The notes under the pieces: generated by a model
The model's input: the letters and a program-made list of their open reading frames with translations, nothing else
Told to the model about the DNA's origin: nothing
Database searches by the model: none
NCBI GenBank assembly: GCA_045863395.1
Contig: BTVJ01000036.1
Span: 8,856 to 72,855 of the forward strand
DNA length: 64,000 nucleotides
Source of the DNA: Myxococcales bacterium
GTDB lineage: Bacteria; Myxococcota_A; UBA9042; JABWCM01; BTVJ01
Direction of reading: 5' to 3'
Shown: positions 36,901-45,566 of the stretch, in pieces
Position numbering within the stretch: position 1 is the first letter of the stretch
Layout: every line of letters starts with the position of its first letter
Position numbers and translations under genes: made by a program

Positions 36901-39900
36901 GTTCCCGGCCGCGTCCCGGACGTGCTCGACGACGGCGGTGCCTTCACGCCCGTTCGGCCACGTCCGCCGGATGCGCCCGAAGGCGTCGTGCGCCCACGAG
37001 GTCCGCTCCTGCACCGCGCCTCCGGTGTCGGGCAGCGTGGCAAACGCCCCACCCACGATCCGCTCCTCGTCCGTCGGCGTGCGACCCCGCCAGGTGGTCC
37101 GCGTGCCCCGAGCCCCCTTGTCGTTGCGAGGCCCCTCGAGACGTGTCTGGCCCAGTCGGTCGTAGCGTCGCTCCCAAATGGCGCCGCGCTTGTCGATCCA
37201 GGCCCGCTTGCGCCCCCGGGCGTCGTAGACGATCTGCTCGGACTGTCCCTCGCCCCGCAGGATCTTCGTCTTCCGTCCGGCGGTGTCGAGCTGCCAGGTC
37301 TCGGTCACCGTCACCGTCGCCTCGCCCGTGTCGGTCTGGGTGTGCCCCGTGACGCGGCCTGCGCCGTCGAAGGCCCAGGTGATCTGGGAGCCCCCGGTCA
37401 CACCGCCCGCCGAGCGCCGCGCCAGGCAGGCCTCGCCCAGGGCCGTGTGCGCCGTCTCGAAGGTCTCGCCGTCATCGCGCCGGCGGAGCGTCACCAGGTC
37501 GCGGTCGTCGTAGCCGTAGGTCTCCGTCGTGCTGGTGGGGCCGGGCGCGTCCGTCAGCTTGCTCGGGTCCTGGCGAACGAACCGGTGCTGCGTGCGCTCG
37601 GCGACACGCCCCCAGGCGTCGTAGGCGTAGGCCTCCGACGCGAGCTTGCGGCTCGTGCAGCCGGCGCCAGTCAGCGGCTCGGGGCCGGCGTTGGCTGCGC
37701 CGTCGTCGCCGAAGATCTCGCGCTTCGCCGGGTTGTCGTCGGCGTCGTAGGGGCCGAGCACCGTCTTCAGGATGGGGGTCGTCGGACCCAGGCACGAGGC
37801 CGGGTCGTAGACGCGCTCCTCGAGCAGGCGCCCGTGGCCGTCCCAGACCTTCTCGATGAGGTGGAGCGCGCCGGGTGTCGAGCGCGGGTCGACGAGCACG
37901 GCCAGCCGGTCCTCCACGTCGAGGTAGCGGTCCGTCTCCCGCGCCGAGGCGTAGGGAGACTCCACCTCCGCGTCCTCGAAGCCGTCGCTCTCACGCACGA
38001 AGAGCGGGTTCTGGTGCGTGTCGTAGGTCGTCTTGCGGATGACCACCTTTGGCCCATAGGAGGCCAGGGTGGCCGGGTCCGGGTCGGGCAGGTCAGAGAG
38101 CAGCTCGAGGGCGCCCTGACCCTTCTTCAGCGTCGTCGCGATGAGGTCGAAGGTCGCCGCGTCGACGCCTCCACCGGGCGTGAGGCGGCGAATGGGGTTG
38201 CCGCGACCGTCGAGCCCGAGCACCTCGAAGTCTCGGTCGAGCCCGCCGTCCGGATTCTCCAGCGTGCCGACGCGCCTGCCCGCGAGGTCGTAGAAGTGCT
38301 CGACCCTCTCGATGCGGGCGTTGACGTTCCCGAACACGGAGGCAAACGACGACGACAGGGTGGAGAACGTGTCCCGCGCGTCGTGCTCGACCGCCTTCGG
38401 CAGGTCGCGGGGCGTCCACGTCGTGGTCACCGTGGCCGCGATGCCGGCCGGGTCGAGCACCTCCTTCACCACCCGATCCTTCATGTCGTAGGTGCGCTCC
38501 TCGACGATCCCCGCGCCGCCGTTCTTGCGCGTGGTCCGCACGGTGTTGCCGCGCCCGTCGACCTCGTAGGCCCTCTCGAAGGCGACCGGGACGGACGCGC
38601 ACTCGGGCGGCACCGCGCCGGTCTCGGTCTCTCCGATCAGGTGGCCGAGCGCTGGCTTCGGGACCTTGCCGCGGTGGAAGGCGGTGGGGTTGGCGCCCCC
38701 TCCCGCGTCCACGCCGTACGCATACTCGGTGCGGCGTCGCTCGTTCCCGCCGAGCAGCACCGCGGCAGACGAGAGCAGGCCCCGCTGCGCTCCTGACGGA
38801 ACGTAGGCGTACTCGTCGGTCCAGGCGTCCCCGGACACGGGCGCCCGGTCGCGGCGCAGGTGCCGGCAGACCTCTCCCGGCTTGCCCAGGGGGTCCGCGC
38901 CTCCCACGGTCCAGAGGGTCTCGCGACCGGACGGCGTCACCTCGCGCACCAGGAGCTGGCAGGCGGGGTCGTACTCCCAGGTCCAGGTCTTGGGCGCCGT
39001 GTCTCCAGCCGGGATCACCTGCCTCGTGAGCGCCCTGCCGCGGTCGTTGTAGGTGAACACCGTCCTCCGGCCGCTCGGGTGGAGCTCCTCCTCGACCTGG
39101 CCGTGGGCGGTGTAGGTGTACTCCCAGGTCAACGTCGTCTCGGTGCGGCCCGGCGGGAAGAGCTTCCCGTCCCAGACCTCGCGGGGGTAGCTCAGCGACG
39201 CCACCACGCTCGGGCCTCCGGCGCCGAGCGGGGCGAGCGCGTAGGTGCGCGGCGTGCCGCGGCCGTCGGTGACGACCACGGTAGCCGCGGATGGTGCCGC
39301 GAACGTATAGACCATGCCACGGCGGAGGCCCGGGCCCTGGCCGTCGTCCTGGCCGATGACCTGCCGGACGACGTGGCCGTCTCCGTCATACTCGACGCGC
39401 AGCGCCGGCTCCACGTCGCCGGGCAGGCGCACCGTGAGCAGGCGCCCATCGGCGTCGTAGGTGTACCGCGTGGTCTCGTCGATCTTCAGGGCCGCGTCTG
39501 GCGATGCAAACAGGCGCTGCACCCGGTCGAGCACCACGCCACCATCAGGGAGGGTGGCGTAGCCGTAGCGGATCTCCCGCCCGAAGGGGTCGGTGAGCTT
39601 CGCGATGCGCGGGGCCCGCTGCGCACCGCTCCCCGCGTCCTCCCACGCGACCTTCCACTCCCGGTTGCGCGTGTCGACGATGCGGGTGAGCTGGCGCACC
39701 TGGGTGATCGGATGAATGGGACCCTCGTACAGGAGCTCGATCTCGCGGAACCGCGGGTCGATGATGCGGATGAGCTGCCCGCGGCAGTTGAAGATGCGGC
39801 GCGTGCCACCGGGCTCGCGTAGCTCGTAGAACCGCCGCTCGCCCGCGCTGCCCTGCGCGCCCCCAGACCAGTAGGGGTGCTCCTCCATCGCGGACTCGCC

Positions 39901-42900
39901 GTCCAGCAGCTTGACCGTGTAGGCGCGCAGCGTCTCGAAGCGACCGGGAGGCGCCTCGTAGGTGACGACGTCGGCGATGAAGCCGCCGCCGGGGGCGAAG
40001 GCGACCGGCCCCTCGGTGGCCGGGTCGAGCACCAGGTAGCCATTGGCGCCGCCGCCGAAGGCCGTCCCCACCACCCCGGCCGCCCCCGGGTGGGTGAACA
40101 CGTCCACCCGCCCCGAGCCATCGTGCAGCGCCAGGTCGAGGAAGGACTCCGGGGTCTCCAGGGTGGTCGGTGATGGCTCGCCTGCCACAGGAATCACGCG
40201 CTGGTCCAGCGACAGGGTCCACCCTCCGAGGACGCCGCCACCCGTGGGCCGGGCGGCGCTCCGGTAGGTACGCCCGAGCACCATGTCGAGGCCGAGCCCC
40301 TTCACGGTGAGGTCCACCTCGGACAGCTCGAGTGACCGGTCGTGCAGCAGGACGCCCTCACCGGCACGGGCGGGGCTCTGGGCGGCCGGGAGCGATGTGT
40401 CGGGGCTGATCGGGTGCGGCGGCGTGCAGGCGACGAACCCTTCCTCCGAGGGCGCACAGGCATCGGGGTCCTCGAACACCACCGCCACCGTCGTGGGAGG
40501 GCCGGCCTGGCCGTTGGCGTCGAGCGCCGACACGGCCACCAAGGCGGTGCCCGCTTCCTCTGAGGTGACCCAGGCACACTTCCCGGCCGCAACGACCACC
40601 ACGTTCGGGTCGTCGGACTCGTCGAGCGTACCCGTCGGCGACGTGATGGTCGCCTTGCCGCCCGTCAGCGTGTACCGGACCTTCCCCGTGGAGCCCTTCG
40701 CGCAGACCTGCACGGTGTCCCCGGCGGCCGCGCTCGGGTTGGTGGAGCCGTCCAAGGCCTTCACCTCGACGACGAGGGGGCGACCGAGCACCTTGTAGAC
40801 CTTCTCGCGGGTCGGCTTGCCCAGGTGGTCGCAGGAGGTGTGGCGCTTCTGGCGCAGGAGGTCATAGACCGTCTGCGGGTAGCCTGCGCCGCCCCCCGTC
40901 GTCCCCATGGCGCCGGGCACGTAGAGCTCATTCCAGCGCGTGCAGCGGACGAAGCGGGTCACGGTCGTGATCCCGTTGAAAGTGCTCGACACGTCCTTGA
41001 CCAGCACCGACGCCGTGTCGCACTCGACGAACACGCCGCGCCCCTCGGTGGTCAGCGCGATCTTGACCTGGCTCGAGTCCTTGGCGGGGCCGCTGGGAGC
41101 GAAGCGCAGCTCGTTCACGGTGTAGCCGGACTTGGTCATCATGTCGTTCCAAGCCGCGACGCGCTTCTGAACGTCGCAGTCATTGGTGACGAGGACGGGC
41201 GAGCCGTTCACGAACCCGGTCTGGGACGCGACGCACGAGTCCCAGATGCCGCCGGGCGGATCGCCGAGCAGCTCGGGTCCGAAGATGTCGGTGTCCTTCA
41301 CCGGGGTCCCGAGCGGGTAGCGCGGGCACGCCTCGGTGGGCGTGCAGCCCTCGATCTGCTCCATGGGGGCCTCGAAGGATGCGGCGGGCACCGGTCCCAG
41401 CAAGGTGTCCGCGGGGACCAGCAGGCGCACGATCACGTGGCGCGGCTTCGCGCTCCCGTCGTAGGTGTCGAGCACGGAGAGCAGGCGGCCGTCGCCGATG
41501 GGGAACAGCCCGTGGCCGATGCGCGGCGTGGGACCCTCAGGGGTCTGCTGGCTGCCGGGCACGACCACCGGATGCAGCTCCATGAGCGCTGCCGTGCGCG
41601 CGACCACGTCTGCGACGTCTCCGAGGCGCCCCGACAGCAGGTGGTCGGCGTTCGTCGCCGCCCAGCCGGGGGCGGCGCCGGGGAACAGGCCGAGGATGAC
41701 GCGCGGATCGTCGAAGGCGGGCACCTGGAAGACGACGTCCTTGCCAGGCTCGGCGGTCAGGTCGTGGAGCGTGAGGCGGCTACAGACCTGATTGGGGGCG
41801 GAGCTCGTGCACTGGTAGGTGCCCATCAGCGCGCGGCCGTTGCCCTCCAGGGCGAGCACGCTCTCCCCCCGCACGATGGAGCCCTGGCGCCTGGCCCCGA
41901 AGTAGGTCGCGGCCGGCAGCGGATAGACCCGGTGGCCCTCCGGGACGAGCGAGGCGCCCGCCACGCGCAGCTCGGTGACTTCCAGGGCGTAGCGCTTCGC
42001 CGAGAAGACGTAGTCGCCGCAGCCCGTCATGTCGAGCAGTCCCTTGCAGCCCTTGCAGGGGCATGGGACGAGGGTGGCGTTGGGCGAGCAGGCCAGTCCG
42101 GCGCCGCCCTGGGCGTTCGGCTGCTCGTCGCAGCAGGCCTCGGTCCACGTCTCCGCGGGGCAGCCGCCCGGGGCGCTCCCGCCCGCATCCACCACCTTGG
42201 GGTCGAGCCCGTAGAGGGTCGCCCGCTCCTCGCAGTCCGACTGGCTGGTGGTCGGCGGCTCGCCGACGACGACGGCGCGGTAGCAGGTGCCGCTCCCGCA
42301 CGGGTAGCGCTCGACGTGGAGCTGCCCGTCGCGCTCGCGATCCACCGCCAGGTTGTCGAACTGCGTCCTCCCGAAGGTGGTCGAGGGGGTGACGACGGTG
42401 TCGTGGATCATCACGCTCGCGAGGTCGTCGCGCAGGAGCGTGAAGGAAGGAGAGAACACCCGGAGGCGCGGCGCCGTGAAGTTGAAGTTGGCGCAGGTGG
42501 CTCCGAGTGGAGCCGTGGTGGCGACGAGCACCCAGAGGCGGTCCGCGTCGTCGAGCGCGAAGTCGCGCACCGGGTCCTGGTGGACCGCGGCGGGCAGCTC
42601 GGTCGCGACGATGGCCTCGCCGTCCTTGGGGATGGGCGTCTGGTAGAGCTTCGCCTCCTTCGGGTAACCGCTCGCGACGTGCAGCAGGATGAGCCGCCCG
42701 TCCGAGGTGAGCCGAGCGCGGAAGCCGACGCCCTGCTGGCCGGGGCCCCCAACCCCGAGCGGCGCCGTCAACGGGAGGGCCACGGTCCACAGGACCGCCC
42801 CGGACGTCGGATCGAGCCCCACGACGGCCGGGTGGTCGCGGTTCACGCCACCCTCGGTGTAGGTGACGCGCACGATGGCGACGAGCTGCTCCGTGGTGCC

Positions 42901-44502
42901 GCCGTCGAGCAGCACGTGCAGCAGGTCGGTCAGCAGGACGCCGGTGGGGACACGGGCGGGCGTCGTCGGCCCTTCCGGCAGCAGGTCGACCAGCTCCTGC
43001 GGGGACAGGTCGAACGAGCCCAAGGCGGCCAGGGCCTCGCCGGCGTCGAGGCGGACGATCTCGCTGCGGAAGAGCTGCGGGGCCGCGGAGGTGGTGAGGC
43101 GGCGCCCGAGGCCGAGCCAGCCCGCACCGGCGCCGTCGTCGGCGAAGGTCACCGTAACCACGTCCTGGGCGGGAAGTGGGTCGGCGCCGGGCGCGTCGGG
43201 GTCGTAGAGAAGCCCACACGAGGCGCCAGGACAGGTCTCGGGAGTGCTCGCGAGGGGGTCTCCGAACTCGCACCCGCTCGCTACCAGCGGGCCGCCACCC
43301 TGGTGCGCGGCGCTGAGCGTGAACGCGCTGCCCAGCTTCAGCTTCGAGAAGGGGCGGTCACGACGCGACGATGACTGAGGCCATGTGCCGGCGAGCTTGG
43401 CGCCGCGATCACATGCGTCGCCCGCGCCGTCGCCGTCTGCGTCCTCCTGGCCCGGGTCGGCGACGGTCGGGCACGTGTCGCAGGGGTCGCCGGCGCCGTC
43501 TCCGTCGAGGTCGGCCTGGCCCGGGTTGGGGTGAACGGGGCAGTTGTCGTCCGCGGTGGGGATGCCGTCGTCGTCCGGGTCGCCCGCCGGATCGGAGGTG
43601 TCCAGCGTGTCCGCGGTGGTGTCGGCAGCATCGCCAGGACCCGCGTCCCCACCGGACGTGTCCACCTGGGTCGTGTCAGGGCCGCCGGAGGCATCGGTGA
43701 CCCCCGCGTCGTCGCTGGCGTCGGGGACGGTGGGGAGCGGCGTGCCCGCAAAGCCGTAGCTGAAGTGGTCGACCAGGGCCACCACATCACCGAGGCCCGC
43801 GGTGGTGTCGAGGGCCTCCCACAGTGGTGTGTCACCGGGTGTCCAGTAGATGCCGACGTTCCCCGTTACGCCGAGCGCGAAGTGGACCTCGGCCGGGACC
43901 GCGAGGTCGAGCCCGTGGGGGGTGATCTCATAGATGGCCGTCGCAGGGTCCACGTCGGCCGGGCCCGCCAGGTCTGCATAGTCCAGCGCGATGGCGGTGG
44001 GCTTGCTCAGCGCTCCAGGCGGGATGACCAGGGTGAGCTCGCCGAGCGAGATGACGCCACCGGCCGGTCCGATCAGCTCGGACGCAGCGTCGGGGCTCGT
44101 GTCGGAGAGGGCATCGAGGAGAGCGCCGCCAGTGTCTGCCTCCTGGCTGTCTGCGATGTCCGCGACGTCGGTGGCGTCGGCGACATCGGTCGTGGCGACG
44201 TCCGAGCTCACCGCGTCGGGGACGGAGACGTCTGGTTCCGGCGTGGCGTCCACCGCGTCGACCAACGCTCCATCCGGCCCAAGCCCGTCGGCGGGGGCCC
44301 CGGTGTCGGGCGTGCGGCCTGGCACGTCGCCGAGCGTGTCATCCGCGCCTCCCCCCCCGGCGCCCCCGTCGGCGGCCGCGTCGAGAGCGGCACTGTCGGC
44401 GGCGCCACCCTGGTCGGGCTCGTCGGGGCACGCCGGCAGCAAGGCGACGAACAGCGTGATGAGAACGGACATGCCACCAGCACGACGCGGGCACACTTCC
44501 AT
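33922..44502 (-). CDS. Giant (~3520 aa) lipid-anchored YD/RHS-repeat protein with ZU5-like, thrombospondin type-3 and DUF6531-like domains
   Basis: Start ATG 44502 (RBS GGAG) or 44472; lipobox VALLPAC; ZU5-like IGPAGGVI..LVIPPGAL..VDHFS; TSP3 DDDGIPTADDNCP..DGDGAGDACD; DUF6531-like EVDLTVKGLGLDMVLGRTYRS..GWT; many YD repeats (YTYDADGRLLTV, YDALDRRV). Confidence 0.85.
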   Translation of the reverse strand: MEVCPRRAGGMSVLITLFVALLPACPDEPDQGGAADSAALDAAADGGAGGGGADDTLGDVPGRTPDTGAPADGLGPDGALVDAVDATPEPDVSVPDAVSSDVATTDVADATDVADIADSQEADTGGALLDALSDTSPDAASELIGPAGGVISLGELTLVIPPGALSKPTAIALDYADLAGPADVDPATAIYEITPHGLDLAVPAEVHFALGVTGNVGIYWTPGDTPLWEALDTTAGLGDVVALVDHFSYGFAGTPLPTVPDASDDAGVTDASGGPDTTQVDTSGGDAGPGDAADTTADTLDTSDPAGDPDDDGIPTADDNCPVHPNPGQADLDGDGAGDPCDTCPTVADPGQEDADGDGAGDACDRGAKLAGTWPQSSSRRDRPFSKLKLGSAFTLSAAHQGGGPLVASGCEFGDPLASTPETCPGASCGLLYDPDAPGADPLPAQDVVTVTFADDGAGAGWLGLGRRLTTSAAPQLFRSEIVRLDAGEALAALGSFDLSPQELVDLLPEGPTTPARVPTGVLLTDLLHVLLDGGTTEQLVAIVRVTYTEGGVNRDHPAVVGLDPTSGAVLWTVALPLTAPLGVGGPGQQGVGFRARLTSDGRLILLHVASGYPKEAKLYQTPIPKDGEAIVATELPAAVHQDPVRDFALDDADRLWVLVATTAPLGATCANFNFTAPRLRVFSPSFTLLRDDLASVMIHDTVVTPSTTFGRTQFDNLAVDRERDGQLHVERYPCGSGTCYRAVVVGEPPTTSQSDCEERATLYGLDPKVVDAGGSAPGGCPAETWTEACCDEQPNAQGGAGLACSPNATLVPCPCKGCKGLLDMTGCGDYVFSAKRYALEVTELRVAGASLVPEGHRVYPLPAATYFGARRQGSIVRGESVLALEGNGRALMGTYQCTSSAPNQVCSRLTLHDLTAEPGKDVVFQVPAFDDPRVILGLFPGAAPGWAATNADHLLSGRLGDVADVVARTAALMELHPVVVPGSQQTPEGPTPRIGHGLFPIGDGRLLSVLDTYDGSAKPRHVIVRLLVPADTLLGPVPAASFEAPMEQIEGCTPTEACPRYPLGTPVKDTDIFGPELLGDPPGGIWDSCVASQTGFVNGSPVLVTNDCDVQKRVAAWNDMMTKSGYTVNELRFAPSGPAKDSSQVKIALTTEGRGVFVECDTASVLVKDVSSTFNGITTVTRFVRCTRWNELYVPGAMGTTGGGAGYPQTVYDLLRQKRHTSCDHLGKPTREKVYKVLGRPLVVEVKALDGSTNPSAAAGDTVQVCAKGSTGKVRYTLTGGKATITSPTGTLDESDDPNVVVVAAGKCAWVTSEEAGTALVAVSALDANGQAGPPTTVAVVFEDPDACAPSEEGFVACTPPHPISPDTSLPAAQSPARAGEGVLLHDRSLELSEVDLTVKGLGLDMVLGRTYRSAARPTGGGVLGGWTLSLDQRVIPVAGEPSPTTLETPESFLDLALHDGSGRVDVFTHPGAAGVVGTAFGGGANGYLVLDPATEGPVAFAPGGGFIADVVTYEAPPGRFETLRAYTVKLLDGESAMEEHPYWSGGAQGSAGERRFYELREPGGTRRIFNCRGQLIRIIDPRFREIELLYEGPIHPITQVRQLTRIVDTRNREWKVAWEDAGSGAQRAPRIAKLTDPFGREIRYGYATLPDGGVVLDRVQRLFASPDAALKIDETTRYTYDADGRLLTVRLPGDVEPALRVEYDGDGHVVRQVIGQDDGQGPGLRRGMVYTFAAPSAATVVVTDGRGTPRTYALAPLGAGGPSVVASLSYPREVWDGKLFPPGRTETTLTWEYTYTAHGQVEEELHPSGRRTVFTYNDRGRALTRQVIPAGDTAPKTWTWEYDPACQLLVREVTPSGRETLWTVGGADPLGKPGEVCRHLRRDRAPVSGDAWTDEYAYVPSGAQRGLLSSAAVLLGGNERRRTEYAYGVDAGGGANPTAFHRGKVPKPALGHLIGETETGAVPPECASVPVAFERAYEVDGRGNTVRTTRKNGGAGIVEERTYDMKDRVVKEVLDPAGIAATVTTTWTPRDLPKAVEHDARDTFSTLSSSFASVFGNVNARIERVEHFYDLAGRRVGTLENPDGGLDRDFEVLGLDGRGNPIRRLTPGGGVDAATFDLIATTLKKGQGALELLSDLPDPDPATLASYGPKVVIRKTTYDTHQNPLFVRESDGFEDAEVESPYASARETDRYLDVEDRLAVLVDPRSTPGALHLIEKVWDGHGRLLEERVYDPASCLGPTTPILKTVLGPYDADDNPAKREIFGDDGAANAGPEPLTGAGCTSRKLASEAYAYDAWGRVAERTQHRFVRQDPSKLTDAPGPTSTTETYGYDDRDLVTLRRRDDGETFETAHTALGEACLARRSAGGVTGGSQITWAFDGAGRVTGHTQTDTGEATVTVTETWQLDTAGRKTKILRGEGQSEQIVYDARGRKRAWIDKRGAIWERRYDRLGQTRLEGPRNDKGARGTRTTWRGRTPTDEERIVGGAFATLPDTGGAVQERTSWAHDAFGRIRRTWPNGREGTAVVEHVRDAAGNLLSETSPTGIVRTTTWDTLGRATRVEATAPWAPGDAPSAYAEAGQSAAKIYRYDALGAMTGAQEREGALAYTTVRWFHDSGGSVLEERHTLHKGDVGNLTAAELEQRRLATVVTRSRVDARGNRTALYWDAADSPELSYWEHDALDRLTRVDLGTSFIDWKYSGDRIASKKATILAAGAIRSVYGYDDIGAPYLVQHFQDSEVLPFYESRRVFLRGDPVITTNRAFQNDLKPVGDVALLPQVLIGKSHVDPALYNPATNLGGLFSYTTFQARPLPSSYLLNDTDGLGLTRRTLTTTYGAATGKAQLLLGLTTYDGARRREHLTVSWDPTLPKKLQELTHVRFTYRDESAASTLCAEQGVEERVCHVRHLMMCRVNESDPLGTKCTLQGDEMNFLGSVVSSPPEATDTTIGFNTVPPKNRSFWAYLHTPSGRLREGVTLSGADIGDRDRHTYDLFDRLITTDDKSIIGKNCNFGTCVASRRRLQYDALDRRVLETYDAPSTLRSERPRRFVYLGDDLIQEYVYKFEGETLDTKGKLLLSGTSRFVRTPDGDMPYFTAAYGVEAVPIQDLDLGFVGFLDRESGQIVPRGTNLLLTNAKPQPYIADTQRVFRWVSPTSELQPFDGTSYTAGLGFEKDFHQDWLGDFWHAQTTFGDVIQENKKSFDLIAIIITLPIFVAAPNSIGSILGQLAGDVISLRREYLQTGSLSWMSVGATLVSAGGSFLGIRGAGQLDAPAPVAALRQASRRAELARNLERRFLRRARALVKQSNPTAYYNLFAGGIEFAQQGLVQKAAMVTANEIAAQIQTVILPPGYARSILKGGLDVADPKVIGFERKVLDVARKYENTYGLILDEYKDAEIDEFFAAAVEEVESWVKGSGLRDPNTVSEAIDAAAGRTQDILRTQRLDTRDLLQTAFVDAQDVVGTAYRPAADLVRTAGGGVTQDLLGTVRIPADSVSTLRLTAADLRSTLRGAADPVRDTLLESTGTLIEAGTRR

Positions 44503-44575
44503 GGTGGACTCCGATGCAGGAGATGATCCGTCCATACGGATCACCCGGCCGACCGGATCGGAAGAAGCGCGTCCG

Positions 44576-45322
44576 CTACCGATCTCCCACGCGACGTGTC
44601 TGGCGCAGGACGTCCGGCGCTGCTCCATTCGACCCTCGCCTCGAGTTGTGGCAGAGTCGCCGCCGCCCGCCGCTGGTCGCCGGCAGGTGGGCGAACTGCC
44701 ACGGATGTGAGGCATGAAGCGATGGGTGTTCGGTTGCGCGATCCTGGTGCTCGCTGGTGGGTGCAAGAAGGAGGCGCCGCCGGCGCCCGCGAAGCCCGCC
44801 ACGGAGGCTGGCCCAGCGAAGGGCGAGGCCAAGGACGCGCCGGTGACGCTGCGCTCGCGCGGTGACAAGGCGCCGGGCGTGTGGGGTGGCCTGCGGCTCC
44901 TCGGGAACGCGAGCCGCAGCGTCCGCGAGGGTGTCGTGATCGAGCACGCCGGGTTGGAGGGGCCCGCGGTGGAGGTCGCGGCCCGCGGTGGCAATGACCG
45001 CCTCCCGCAGCGCGGGCTGCGCCTCCTCCAGGCGAACCAGGTCGACCGGCCACCGCACGATGCCGAGGACCACGCCCAGGGCCCGGAAGAGCGCGTCCTG
45101 CGCGAGCCCCTCGACGGGCAGATCCACGTCGGAGGTCTCCGGAGCCCATGCCCCGCTGACGAGGGAGCCGAAGAGGATCAACCGCCGCACCCCCCAGTCC
45201 CGCCGGAGCATGGCGGCCGCCTCGACGACACGGGCACGAACCGCAGCGGCGGCTCGGTCTCGCTCCGCGCGTTCTCCCGCGAGCCGCGCTCTCCATGATG
45301 TGATCAGTGGCTCGATCTCCAT
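44576..45322 (-). CDS. Minimal nucleotidyltransferase (MNT/MntA-type antitoxin) with aberrant C-terminal read-through; the real domain spans ~44975-45322
   Basis: GVRRLILFGSLVSG..SDVDLPVEGL..PVDLVRLEEA..LREAV (GSx10DxD motif). No HEPN partner follows. Confidence 0.75.
   Translation of the reverse strand: MEIEPLITSWRARLAGERAERDRAAAAVRARVVEAAAMLRRDWGVRRLILFGSLVSGAWAPETSDVDLPVEGLAQDALFRALGVVLGIVRWPVDLVRLEEAQPALREAVIATAGRDLHRGPLQPGVLDHDTLADAAARVPEEPQATPHARRLVTARAQRHRRVLGLALRWASLRGGLRGRRRRLLLAPTSEHQDRATEHPSLHASHPWQFAHLPATSGGRRRLCHNSRRGSNGAAPDVLRQTRRVGDR
44714..44995 (+). pseudogene. Truncated beta-helix-type lipoprotein fragment (ORF reads on to 45298 antisense to the MNT gene)
   Basis: Lipobox LAGGC, then APVTLRS..APGVWGGLRL..S.REGVVIEHAG (beta-helix-type motif). 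After ~44990 the frame is only the antisense shadow of the MNT gene. Confidence 0.5.
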
Positions 45323-45566
45323 GGCCGACGTGTCGACCCGCGGCGCCGGTACGTCAACGGTAGACCCCGTCGGTACCACGACGGTCGCTGCCATGTAGCG
45401 TGGACGCCGAAGACGACCGAGGTTCGTACCAAACAGCGGACACCGCCTCAGCTCGTGCTCGTCGGCGCCGGCCACGAGCACGGGTGCGATGCGACCGAGC
45501 GCCGCGGTGCCTCTCTTGGCGCCGGACGAGACCACAACCAAGGCCGGGAGTCAGGTGCAGGCACCG

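Noticed and set aside
44503..44994. N-terminal extension of the RHS ORF to 44994; likewise the extensions to 51194 (kinase-activator) and 60158 (kleisin-like gene)
   Set aside because: A signal peptide or domain start, with RBS or promoter cues, identifies later start codons.
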